Shown in pieces: positions 51,201 through 64,000 of a stretch of DNA of 64,000 nt (its first letter is position 1; each line of letters opens with the position of its first letter). This DNA is from the human T2T-CHM13v2.0 reference genome, Homo sapiens. The stretch lies in NCBI RefSeq assembly GCF_009914755.1, contig NC_060942.1; one strand, given 5' to 3'. Made by a program: the position numbers and the translations under genes. Under the pieces are notes generated by a model. That model saw only the letters and a list, made by a program, of their open reading frames with translations. It was not told the DNA's origin and searched no databases.

Positions 51201-53441
51201 TTTCATGCTAAGAATTAAGCCTGGTGACCAAGTTAGTCTTTGGTATGCATTTGATACCTGCCATAGATAGGAGGTGTGCCTCCATCAAGATGGCTCATCA
51301 GGTAACAATGCCACTTGGTAGCAGATGTTTAAAAATAGCCAGCCTTAATTAACTGCTTTCATATGCTGTCCACTGTGCTCAGTGGGTTTCATGGGGTGGT
51401 GTTATTATCACTATTATGTAGATGAGAAAATCAAGGTTCTTAGATGTTCTGGAATTTGTTCATTTTCACATGATTGGAACATTGTGGTCTTGTCTTTCAA
51501 GTCCATGTCTACCATACTCCACAGACCCTTTTCTGTCCACTTTGTCACCTATAATTCTGAACTCCAATATAAAGACTTCACCGTATTTGAAAGAGAATAG
51601 TGGGAAGTCTGATGCTCAATTTTGTGTACAGAACAGTTGCCTCTGTGACATTGTAACTGCTGAAATAAGAAAATCCCCTTTTGATTCAGGATATTATTTA
51701 ATTATTGCAAATCTCCTGGCATAGATCTGATACTCAAGTTAAAAAATTAGGCTCAGGTTCTTACCTATGATTTTGCTTTTTATAGTACTTTGAAACCTAC
51801 AAAACTTACATTCAACATTTACACATACAAAATTCATACAGTCTTTCAAAACTAAGATTGCGTAATAATTTGATGGCTTGAAATTTTAAGTATTACAATA
51901 TAAAGAGCAGAGACTTTATGTTTAGGATTAATACTTTTTAATAAATAACATTATCCTTTGCATTATTTCTTGGTGTTTTGTATTTATATCACGTTTATTT
52001 TTATTTTTGAAATTTCACATTTCATGTCATTTTTATATGTTATTTGTTTAAAGGTAAGGTTTTAACAAAGGACATTGCATAAAATAAGAACTTAGCAAAA
52101 AATATTAAATCATACTCAGTTTAAAATCAATTTATATGTTTTGTTACAGAAAACATTCTGGAAATCAATATATTTTTTTCCCAACGAGAAATTTTTAATT
52201 ATTATTTATAGAAACTATAAATAACTTTAGTATTTAAAGCATTAACATTTTTAAAGAACATAAACCAGTGATTGGCTTGCTTATTTCAAATCTGATCAGT
52301 TGATATTATTTTCTTCAGTAGTATGATAGTAAAATATATACCAACATTCTTTCACACTGGCCAGATACAAATCCTCTCTTGTCTTCCCTATGGCAAAGAG
52401 TAACTTGCTATTTTCTGTGCTAATGTGACGTCCTTCTTAATGTTATCAACACACAAACACACACCAAGAAAACACAAAAACATCAACAACAAAAAAAACC
52501 CTGTACGTTTGAAAAACTTAATATTTTTAAGCCACTATTTTATACTCACTTCTGCTTGGAAATGTTAAAATGTATTATGAATAAGTTATTTGTAAAATTG
52601 AGCCTGGGATTTCACCTAGCTTCTTATTTTATAAGCTGCACAATATTACTTTCAGCACTCTTACTAGTATTCTTAATCAAGACATCTTTAACTTCATTTG
52701 TTCTTCCTCCATCAGATAAATAATTAAAATGTGAGGAATGGTGTTATATTTGCATTACATGGAAACATTCAAAAGGTCATATTTCCAAAAAATAAACCTG
52801 ATAGAATTACAGTCTTTGTGTTCATCAACTCTAAATGATAATAATAAAAACAGTAAAGATTATTCCAATGATCTCTTAATTGTATCAATAATCTCTACTA
52901 CATTTAGAACATGCAGTAAGCATAGATTTGAGAGTACACACTTGGTATATTACTTACAAGACATGTGACTTTGGGGAAGTTGTTAGTTTTAGCATTTGCT
53001 TCACTATAATATGAATATCACGTCTACATCAAATTATTTTGATAGTGAAATAGGTAAAATATATAATATTTAGCATAATTGCTAGGACATTATATTAACT
53101 GAAAACACTTTCCTTTGCCATTGGTTATTTTGAGGACAAAAACTGCTTTTATATCTCAGTCAAGAGCTGGTAAAAATATTTGATTGTTTTATGTGGTTAC
53201 GACGACTAATGTTCTTAAAGGTTTTTACTTTAAAACTAGGCCATATAAATGTATTTTAAAGTATCCATGGTCTCTTATTGAATTTAATTCCATATTTATA
53301 AAACAGTATTTCTATTTTAAAATCAACTACCTATGACTATTTAGCCAAACCATTGAATCATTTGTGTTAATTTATTTTTTAATTCTACAGATGGAAGAAT
53401 TCATATAGAGAGATACATAAAATAGAAGGCTTACTTACATT

Positions 53442-53465
53442 ATATATATATATATATATATATAT
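53442..53465. repeat. (TA)n microsatellite
   Basis: Pure TA run. Confidence 0.92.
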
Positions 53466-54019
53466 GAAAGATATGTAAGACTTCTATATCTACAATAGAA
53501 TCAACATTGTTGATATAAGACACTAAGGAAGTAATATCTAATTAGCATAAGTATTTGGTCGCTAGCTACCATGTGACCTATTATGGCCTTCCACAGAAGA
53601 AAACCTACACATATAAAAGAAAATGATTTGAGTTTACCAGGTATATTTTTGCTGTGTCAGCCTACTTAGTGTGATGCCAACTTCTGCTGGTGTTTTTTTT
53701 TTCCCTCTAAGGAAAAATATTCCTGAAAAAAATGTTAATAATGTTTAAAGGGAAATAAGAGCCTTAACCCAAATTTAGAAGTTGTGATTAAGAAAGATTT
53801 TTCCACAAAAATAAATACATAACAATTAGAAAAAAGGAATGTGAACTTTAAATAAATGCACTGAAATTTCAAAATAAGTTTTAAGCTAAAGAGTTCATTA
53901 AGAAATTACTACATGCTGGAAATACAAAAATAAATGAAATTGTTCCTTGCAGAGAAAATGTTCAGGAAAAACTACATAATAAAAGTGATAGCTGGTTGGT
54001 CTTCTTTGGAATGAGGAGG

Positions 54020-54388
54020 TGTCACAGCCAGTTTGTGCCACCATAACAGAACAGACTGCATAATTTATAAAGTACAGAAATTTATGTCTCATAGTTCTAG
54101 AAGCTGGGAAACCCAAGATCAAGGCACTGGCTAGTGAGGATCTGGTCTCTCTGTTTCCAAGATGAAACCTCATCCTCCAGAGGCAAAGAGCCTTGTTTCC
54201 TCACGTGGGAGAAGGTGGAAGGATGAGAGGGTCAAAATCTCTCGTCAAGTACTTTTTATAAGGGCACCTGATCCCATTCATGACGGAAAAGCCCTCATAG
54301 CTTAATCACTGCCTAAAAGCTTCACCTCGTAATATTATCACATTGGAAGTACCTGAATTTTGGAGTAGACTAATTAAAACAATAGCAA
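54020..54388 (-). mobile_element. MaLR LTR (MST/MLT1A-like)
   Basis: ccataacagaa...tagttctagaagctgggaaacccaagatcaaggcactgg...ttttataagggcac...cccattcatga...aaacaatagca. Confidence 0.85.
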
Positions 54389-55379
54389 GAGGCAATAATT
54401 AGGTGATCACGACTGGAGAAAGACATTTGAGACAGAGGAACTACATGCATTTTTTAGAAAGAGCAAGTAGCATCATGGAAAGACCTCGGGCTGAGAAGTC
54501 AAAGTAGGCACCTTCTTTGAAGGTTTGCTTACTTGGTTTCCTCATCTACAAAACTGAGTTAATAATAGTTCTCTATGTCACTATTCAGTAAGTAAAACCA
54601 ATATTGTAAAAATTATCTTGCATTTTAGATGCTATGTCAGATATTTTTTCATGTCATGCAATGTAATAATTTTGAGGTAAATGGCTTAGTGGATTGAAGT
54701 GTTCGCTGGAAACTTTATGCCATATGTTTTACTAATCAACACATTTATTCGCTAAAAAACTATTTTCAAAGAGAGGCAAATAGTTTGAAATAAATCTGAC
54801 CTGCATTTAAGTCCTGACTTCCTCTTTGCTTTTATGACTTGGAGAAGTGATATGTTAAGCTTCAGATGCCTCATCTTAAAAATGAGGAATAATTTGGCCC
54901 ACTGTCTCCTTTCAATTAACATTAACATTTATGGACTTATATTAATGTACAGTGAAAAAGTTTGCATCAATTTTGTCCCAATTTGCCTATGTGAGCTTGT
55001 CTCTGACTCTAATATTCAAAACACAAATAATGAGGACATTTTATCGAAAGACTTGGAAATATGTTGCCTGGGATGACTAGTTCAAAATTACGATAAATAA
55101 TACCACACTATATTCTAAGCACTTATTTGAAGAATTCAAGGATTTTTCTTTATAGTATATGGGAGATGATATACCGATGTATACAATAACAACACAGCAA
55201 ACACGAGACAAAATTAGAAGAGACACCACAGAACAACAGACAATTGCATGTCAAATATACGGAATGTGTGTTACAGGAATTTAGAGACAGAATGATACAA
55301 CATGCAATGAACAAGTTCAGAAAGAATTTATGTGAGAAGGTGAGCTTGCGTCTGCACTTGAGTCAAGAAGTTTTGAACA

Positions 55380-55698
55380 GGCCAAGCGTGGTGGCTCACG
55401 CCTGTAATCCCAGCACTTTGGGAGGCTGAGGCAGGCAGATCATGAGATCAGGAGTTCAAGACTAGCCTGGCCAACATGGTGAAACCCCATCTCTACTAAA
55501 AATACAAAAATTAGCTTGGCGTGGTGGCACGTGCCTGTAATCCCAGCTACTCCGGAGGCTGAGGCAGGAGAATTGCTTGAACTGGGACCCGGGAGGCAAG
55601 GTGGAGGTTGCAGTGAGCCAACGTCTCACCACTGCACTGCAGCCCAGGCGACAGAGCGAGACTCCATCTCAAAAAACAAAACAAACAAACAAAAAACA
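55380..55698 (+). mobile_element. Alu (AluSg/Sc-like)
   Basis: Full dimer with gatcatgag (2-bp deletion form), AAAC-type tail and agttttgaa on both flanks. Confidence 0.96.
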
Positions 55699-57159
55699 GT
55701 TTTGAATAAACAAAAAGATGGGGACCATTAGCAAACTCCTGAGGATAATGCTGCACAGGGCATGATAGTAGGACAAGAGATAGTTTCAGTGTGGCCTCAA
55801 GGAAATTGTAAGGCATGTGGTTGGGTGGATAGGAAATTGGAAGCAGAAGGTGTACATCATAGGCTATTCTGCTTCTATGTTTGGGCTGGGCATCTCTCCA
55901 GAGGATTGCGGGAAGAGAAGGAGAGATACTTCCTCTGAAAATAGGTGGGTTTACAGCTCTGCCTTACCTGGTTGTAAAATGTTATAGTGTTTATTGTCAG
56001 TTCTCCTTTCTGATTTGAAAACACTTCCGCACAGGATTATGGAGTAATTTTCTAGCTATCACCAGAAACCACTTTCCTTTTTGTTCAGATATAAAGCTGT
56101 AAGGCTGCAAAAATGCAGCCGAGTCCCTATTATCTTTCCTGGAAAGAAAATGAAAATAATATACCAATCTGAAATTAGATTTCAAAAAGAAATAACTGTA
56201 ACATAACATGATTTTGAAATAAAACTTCTCACAAATGCTTAGAAATCATTGTCCATTTAATGTTATTGCTTGAGAAAAGTGTGCCAATTTCAAGCATAAA
56301 ACATATATTAAGGTATTCCTTTATGTTTGTCAAAACAAAACCACACCAAAGGTAAGGATTCTGAGGTTTGTTTTTCATGATCTGGCCCCATGTACAGTAA
56401 AAAGAACACATGATAAAGTGGCCTTCAGCTTCTTCTATTAAATGTGTTGGAGAGAAGAAAGATGACTGGTGAAGTCTCTCCCAAAGGAACAGTTCAGGAG
56501 TCAATTTACTAATCTGGCTGGATGGGAGAAAGAGACAAAGAGACTCCAAGATGCGTGGGAACGAGAACCACATTGTTTTGTCCATCACAGTTTATCCAAT
56601 ACTAGTTACAATGCCTGGCCCATAAGAAAGAGATAATAAATGGAAGAGATGGCACAAGTGCATGAGAAATCATGATCATCCACTGATCTCTAAAAGCATA
56701 GTGTCTCAATTAAATATGGAATTTGGTTCATGTGAAATTTTGGTTCACATGAGACTGATCAGATTAAATCTCTTATTTCATGAAAGGAAGAAACGTTTAA
56801 AGAGGAGGAACAATGTCGAGTAGGATGCATGATAATTTTCCCCTTAATATACTGTTATACATCAATTTATACCTGGGGAAACACATGCTTAAAAAGATCA
56901 AATGATTGCCTAACCTCATGAGATAAAATCTATTATGTGTTCAGAGGGGTGCCTCGCACAAGAAGCCTTCAAAACTGTCATCTAAAAACAAAGTCATTTT
57001 ATACATCCTGGGGTTTGAGTTCAGGCTTCTTTCTGTCAAAGTCAGCGTTCTCCCATTATCACTGCTACCCCTCCAATGGGAATTCCCTCTCCCACCAATA
57101 ATCCAAGTATGAATCATATATTTGGATACAAACGCCTCTGGATTGAAGAATGCAAAACT

Positions 57160-57437
57160 GGCCAGGTGCGGTGGCTCATGCCTGTAATCCCAGCACTTTG
57201 GGAGGCCAAGGCGGGTGGATCACAAGGTCAGGAGTTCAAGACCAGCCTAACCAAGATGGTGAAACCTCATCTCTACTAAAAATACAAAAATTAGCCAGCG
57301 TGGTGGCGGGTGCCTGTAATCCCAGCTACTCAGGAGGCTGAGGCAGATAATTGCTTGAACCTGGGAGGTGGCGGTTGCAGTCAGCCAAGATCGTGCCACA
57401 GCACTGCAGCTTGGGCGACAGAGCGAGACTCCGTCTC
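57160..57437 (+). mobile_element. Alu (AluSg-like) with no poly(A) tail
   Basis: ggccaggtgcgg...gagactccgtctc; TSD aatgcaaaact (57149-57159) / aatgcaaaatt (57438-57448). Confidence 0.96.
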
Positions 57438-59849
57438 AATGCAAAATTAAGTATTCAACTTATAAAAGCAGTTAACAATATTTTTATCTTCCAATGTTCT
57501 AATTAGCTCATTTCATTGCTAGGAACATGTGGGACATACACACACAGGCACACAGAGTTGTATTTGACAGGCACCATCCGAATTGTTGGGACAGATTGCC
57601 AGGATCAGGGACACTTGTCTCTGGATATGTGTACTACGTAGCATTTGAGGTTTGGGCATATCAGTCACCTCATGCCTTTTGACACCAGGGGACCAAAAAA
57701 ATGTATTAAGTTCTTTCCTTTTTATACAATACTAAAGTAGGAATTTGGTATTCTAAAAATGATACGCACTGTTTTATTAACGTGTCACCTTTTTGTTGAA
57801 AGTGTCCATGCATAATTTTCCCACTTGCTTGAAATGTGGTGTCCTAATTGATAGCCTTTTTGAAGTTAAATAAGCGTCAAATAGAGACTCAACGAATCTG
57901 TTATCACCAGGCAATTACATTTGGTTAATAACCTGGCTGTATTCTCTGTTCACATCGGACTGCTCTGTAAAAGCCCTGGCATTAATGGATTTTATTCAAA
58001 GTGACAAAGGAAATATTAAAATTACAATACAATTCCCTTTATCTTCTCTTATCTAAATAGGGAAGGCATCTGCATCATGGCATTAACTCACCCAGAGAGG
58101 AGAAAGTTAAAATACTATTATTTCTGCAAAATGACCTTTCTGCTGCAGTATTTGCTTGACTCAGAATCACAATTTGGCTACAAACTTGTTTTTTAAAATA
58201 TATGGAGCTGGAAATGAGCAGGAAATCTAATTTTTGAACATTATTAAAACTTGTGCAGTCTTCTTATGTTTCTTATTCTTATCTCCTAATATTTAAAGCA
58301 AAATGTTGTCAGTGCTTTTTTAATATATTTTCATAGTTTGCCAAATATATATTAATTCTATTCTCCCAACCAGAATAAATGATAAAAACAAAAGCAAATT
58401 GGTAAAACTGAGGCTAAACAAAAAATAAATTTATAGTTAAATCTATAGTGCCTAGAATCTTCTTCTTTAAAAGATATTTGTTAAATGTTGATTTCAATAG
58501 AGTCAGTCATTCATTTCCATTTAGAAATTAAAATGGACAGATTTATGGCACTAAGAAAATAACTCACTTCAGCATCTCTTATAATTTACACCTATTAGAC
58601 AGTACACATTATATACAGCAAAATTACCCCATTAAATACAAATTAACAAGTAATTAAATAAACAATAAAATCTGTATTTTGATGTCCTGCTCAATATTTT
58701 GTAATTAACATGAGACTCTGCAGTTTGGATAAAAAATGCAAGGCAGTTAAAAAAAATTATTGACACTTACTCTGCAAGGAACATTGATATTGTGAATAAA
58801 TCACAATTAGTTTCAATCTAACCCTTTTGAAGCTTACATTCCAGTGGAAGAAGATATGTAACCTTAAACTTTCAGTAAAATGTAATAAAGGTATTCAGAG
58901 AATAGTGAGGGCCTAAAATTTTTTGGTTTTGGTTACACACAGGATGTTTGTGAATACAATCTGTATTAGTATCTAGAACAGCACTATTAGAAAAATGGGA
59001 TCATAGTTTTGATTTTTTTGATGATAAAAAATAAATAACATTTGGTTTTCTTTCACATTTGGATGTGATATAACTTTCTATTCAACACAGTTACACCAAC
59101 AGTGGTGACTGAATTTCAAGCAAATAATTTTAAAGTGATTCAACCATTGCATGTATCTTTTGATAATTTGATAAACATTTTGTAAAAAGTCCTTTTACAA
59201 AAGACTGAAATGATAATTTTCTTAGGAAGAAATACAAGTGTTTAAATTCAGATATTTATCAGAAATCATATCTTAAAATGATATTTATATAAATTTTTAT
59301 GCCTTTAAGCAATTCAGAAAAAATTCTAAAGTTATTAGAAATCATTGCAATTTTAACAAAAATATTTTCAGAAATAAGAAATTGCAAATTTAAGGAACTC
59401 AGCAAATAAAGGATAATATTAAAGTATTATAAATAACAATGATACAGGATAAAATAGTAAATACATAATAATACTTATATAAAATAATATAAAGTAACAA
59501 TAAAAACAATAACAACATCAAACAAGAGAATACCTTCCAAAAAGTTAATCGACAACATAGCTCTTTCATACTTAGAATTTATATTTTAACTATAGTTGTT
59601 TCAGGTATCAGAAAAGTTAGGTCAATATGTGAAAATACATAAAATTAAGGTGAAAATTTCTTAATATTGAAACCAATTTAATATTTTTACTGGCTTACTA
59701 CATGAAGTATATTACCCATTCAGTGGTCCCTTCTGAATTCCTTGTCTAATATATTTCACATAAAAGGGTGAAATTTCCAATTTTTCCATGACAGCCTATT
59801 ATAGGAATTCAAATTTGCTTCATGGCTTAACATTTTTCATTAAAGATTG

Positions 59850-60085
59850 TGGAGACAGTGGAGTTGAGTGGCTACCTACCAAATTGGAGGCAGACTGCCC
59901 TGCCACAGGTTAGTTTAATCACCTGGACAACTTAGTTGATTTTTCTGTGACTTAGTTTCTCCATATGTAAATAGGGATACTAATCATTCCTATGTTATTG
60001 TTGTGAGGAGTGAACGTGTTCATAAATGTATAGCGTATGGGGGAATACCTGGCATAAAGAAACTTTTGTGTAAGCATTAGCTGCT
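59850..60085 (+). mobile_element. MIR
   Basis: tctgtgacttagtttctccatatgtaaatagggatactaat...gttgtgaggagtgaac...acctggcata. Confidence 0.7.
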
Positions 60086-60120
60086 GCACTATCTGTACTA
60101 CATATATATATATACACAGG

Positions 60121-60315
60121 CAGTGGTTTCCAAAGAGTTGTCCTCTGATCAGCTGCATCAGCATGTGCATTGTCACCTTGTAACTTATTAGAAATGCAAA
60201 TTCTTAGGGCCCACCCCAGACTGACTGAATCAGAAACTCTGGAGGCGGAGCCTAGCATTTGTGTTTTGACAATATCTTGCATGGCCTAATTTAAGCACAA
60301 GTTTGAGAACCAGTG
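60121..60315. mobile_element. MER5A (hAT-Charlie), near full length
   Basis: TIRs cagtggtttccaaa...tttgagaaccagtg; core ttagaaatgcaaattctt...ccaccccagact...tgaatcagaaactctgg. Confidence 0.9.
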
Positions 60316-61611
60316 TATGAAGGGAAAGACAATGATGGTGTTGCAGATGAAGAAGAAGGATCGTATGACTCTAGTCAACATTGATCAGATTCTTTAGCTT
60401 TCCTAGAAAGAGAGAGAAAGGAAGGGAACAGATAATAAGTAGAGAGGGAGAGAGAAGAATGAGGAATGACAAGGAAGAAAATAAGTGGAAAAAAGCTGAC
60501 TTTCCTACTTTCTTGCTTTTGGGTGACAGAAGTGATGTGTCCTGGGTGTCCAAGGCTGGTCAGTGGGATGAGGCTGGAGGGTAACATTATCTGTCAGTGT
60601 GCAGATTTCCTGGGGAGCAGACAAGCTATCGTGATCTACTTGTTGGACCAAGGACCAAAGCCAACACCACAGCTTTTCCATTCCCATTCTCTCTCCTTGC
60701 CCACGACTGTACAAGCTGCTCAGCTATAGAGAATGCTCCTTCCTGGAGTCTTAATTAAACAAAATCACTTTCAGTTTGTAGGAAGCATGAGGTAAGAATC
60801 ATCACACACTGTATGATTTATAATTAATATGGGACTCAATATAATATGGGATTTATAATTAATATTTGGACAAAATTTAAATTAACAAGTGAAGTATAAT
60901 ATAACATTAAGGAATTTTATTATTTATATTTAAATATCACCTCTCTTATAGAAGCATGAAAAACTAAATCTAAGGAGCAGAAGTCAACAGGAGTTCACAA
61001 AATATTACACATATGGGTGTATGTGGCAGAAGATGTAATTAATGATTTGAGGGTTATTTTTCTTAGATTTTTATTTTCTTTTTTTAATAATGAGAAAAAA
61101 GTAGGATTTCAATATTAATGATGCCTTATATTTTTAAAGATGTTTTCTTATTTTTCTTATACTAAGAGCTGCTAAATCCTTTAAAGTTCAGTACTTTGTC
61201 ACATGTAGGATAATACTATATTTATATTTCTATGAAATTAAATTACATTGCTCAAATTTTAATTATAGCTTAAACAATATTATTTTCACAGTTAATATAT
61301 GAAGCATAATTTTTGGCAAACAAACCATGCTGAATATAATAGAAACTAATATTTGTATCTAAAGATGAACTATATGAATTCACATTAAATTCTTTTTAGA
61401 ATAAAACTATACATATGAAGGGATGGAGAAATATTGCAAATATTCAATTTTTTGAACTTATTATCGTGTTTCCATACATCCCAAAGTAGGAAAAGATATT
61501 TTTGCCAGTTCTTTATAGTTTCTACATTATATATCTTATCAAGCCCAGAAAATTACAATACCCATTAAGCACACATTTGCACCTCTGATTTGAAATGTAT
61601 ATAATATTCCT

Positions 61612-61986
61612 CCTGTGATTTGAATGTGTCCCCAAGGTTTCTTACATTAAAAATGTAATCCCTAAGTTCATATATGGACAGTATTTGGAAGTGGGGCCTT
61701 TGCACAGTAACTAGAGCTAGATAAGCTCATCAGAGTGGAGCTCCCATGATGGGACTGATGGCTTTGTAAGAGGAGGAAGGGGGACTTGAGTGGACGTGCA
61801 CGCTTTTGCTCTCTCACCATGTGATACCCTCTACCATATCATGGCACAGCAAGATGGCCCCTCCATAGATGCCAGCCCCTTGATCCTGGACTCTATAACA
61901 TTCAGAATGCTAAGAAATCAATGTATTTTCTTTATAAATTACCCAGTCTCTGGGGTTCTGCTAACAACAAAAAATAGACTAAGAGA
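61612..61986 (+). mobile_element. MaLR LTR (MST-like)
   Basis: gatttgaatgtgtcccc...gtggggcctt...ctctcaccatgtgat...ataaattacccagtctc...aatagactaaga. Confidence 0.85.
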
Positions 61987-63003
61987 GTTTCTAAGTAAAC
62001 ATTTTTCCATATAGCTCTTTTATATCTTTAATATTGACAAAAAATTTGTCCTCACATAATCGATGTGATTTGTTTACAAAATGTTATTCAGTTTCGAGGC
62101 TTTGGTCCCAACGAGGACAAGATAAAGATCATGGAAGAAAAAATGGAAGATAATTCTTATGTGGCTGGATGTCTTCCCTGCTACATTTAATTTTAGCTTA
62201 CTTAGTGGAACAACAATATTATTTTTGATGTTTGCTTCCTTTATCAATAACTTCTGGCTCAAATGATTTCAGAAATGTTTAGCATGACAGAAATCAAACA
62301 ATATATCAAACTTATCTTATTTACCTATACCTATATTTTAGGCGAATTAAACCTCTAACACATTTCTTCAACTTTAAGTTTTTATTGTACCCTAAAAATA
62401 TAAAAATATATGCTGTCTTAGGATGTGCTAGGTTTATGATTGGGAAAAAATAGTTTCAGTGTAATTGAGGTCCTTCAAGAGAGCATAAATAATAAAAGTT
62501 GCTAATCTTGGAAAAGTATCACTTCTGATGTTATCTATTATTGATTCAACATGCAATAATAAGATTTGAGACTGAACAGCTCAAGGTTAGAATTTAGTGT
62601 TTAAAGTTATATATTTATTATGGTATCTCTTATGCAAATTATTTTTAGAAAATGTAAAAATATTATTGTGGGATCATGTTCAGTAATATTCTGTTTTGTT
62701 ACACATTACTGGTACTAACAATATGTAATACATAAAATTCATGTTTGTCTACACCCTTTTGGTACAATTTTGTCTAGCTTTTTGTATTTTTTTCAGTTGA
62801 ATCTTTATGCGAATGGATTTTTCTATGAAGACGTGATTAATTCAGTATTTTATTTTCATTTGTTCAAATATCTAATTCATGGAATTGTTGTGAAGATTAA
62901 ATTTGAGAATGTGCAACAAAAGGCTTGATCTTATCCCTAAGACACAGAAAAAACTAAATTATCAGTTATTAACATTGTGTCATATTTGTATAATTGAGGG
63001 GTT

Positions 63004-63499
63004 TGCATATTAGACTTCTATTGCTGTGTAACAAATTACCACAAATTTAGCGTCTTAAAATAACACTCTATTTTTAGCTCGCATGCTATAGGGCAGAAGG
63101 CTGGACACAGCATGGCTCAGGATATCACAACACTGAAATCAAAGGGCCAACCAGGCTGATTTATGCAGATGGGGAAAATTTTCTTTGAGGCTCGTTTTTG
63201 TTGTTGGCAGAATTCAGTCTCTGATCTTAAGACAAGTCCCCAGTTGTTGCTTTTTTTTTTCCCTCAACTCCATCTTTAAGCCAGCAGTGATGCACTGAAT
63301 CATTTTTATGTGTCCAGGTGCTGAAATGTGCCACCAGCTAAGGAAAACTCTCTGCTTTTAAAAGCCTTGTGCAACTAGGTTGGGCACACGTGGATAATCT
63401 CTCTTTCAATTAATTCAAAGTCAATGATTGGTACTTAATTACATTTGCAAACAAGGGAACGCAGGTCACAGAGGCCAACTTGATATTCTGCCCATCACA
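63004..63499 (-). mobile_element. MaLR LTR (MLT1D/E-like)
   Basis: ctattgctgtgtaacaaattaccacaaatttagc...ttgttggcagaattcag...cttaattacatttgcaaa...attctgcccatcaca. Confidence 0.85.
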
Positions 63500-63859
63500 G
63501 TCTCAAATTTTGTAAGATATAGTTTTGTTGTATTTCTAATTCATCTAAGGACCAAACTAAGTATTTCAAGAATTTATAGGAATGACAAAAATTGTCACTC
63601 TCTGAAATACACTGACAATTAAGAGCTGATTTACCAAGTAAAATGGTGAACAGGTTGACACAATAAGAAATTGACATGTTGCTTTCTTACTTTTGACAAC
63701 TATCATTGGGAGTCAGATTTCATGAGATCAATTCATACAGAAAGTATACAGAGTGACACAAATATTACATGAAAAGTTCTTTAATGTCTTACTTTATAAT
63801 ATTAGAATGAAACTAAAGCTTGGTTAGCACAACTGGGAAAATTAATATCAATCATCATC

Positions 63860-64000
63860 TGATATGGTTGGGGTGTGTCCCCACCCAAATATCATCTTGA
63901 ATTGTAGTTCTCATATTCCCCTTATGTCATGGGAAGAACCCAGTGGTAGGTAATTCAAACATGGGGGCAGTTCCCTCATGCTGTTCTCATGATAGTGAGT
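63860..64000 (+). mobile_element. THE1 LTR (THE1C/D-like), running off the window end
   Basis: TGATATGGTTGGGGTGTGTCCCCACCCAAAT.TCATCTTGAATTGTAG...CATGCTGTTCTCATGATAGTGAGT. Confidence 0.9.

Overview
AT-rich, CpG-depleted primate (very probably human) genomic DNA, not prokaryotic or viral. The only coding sequence I can support is a 108-nt terminal exon (16662-16769, +; LDDSLNQIRKLQRSLDEEKERNENLETELRHLQNW*), which I recognise from memory as the C-terminus of CCDC102B. It is followed by a ~1.05-kb 3' UTR with AATAAA at 17797. Positions 1-16661 are therefore probably its last intron, and ~17.8-64 kb looks like repeat-rich intergenic DNA. Repeats include a full-length HERV-K(HML-2) LTR5_Hs solo LTR with a perfect 6-bp TSD, several L1s (two with 5' inversions), eight Alus, MaLR LTRs, DNA-transposon fossils, L2/MIR and microsatellites. 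I found no evidence of a new multi-gene system. The most unusual item is an L1 insertion carrying an inverted 5' fragment of 5S rRNA inside the same target-site duplication, apparently twin priming in trans. Repeat subfamily names come from recalled consensus sequences and need RepeatMasker/Dfam confirmation; boundaries of old repeats are approximate.
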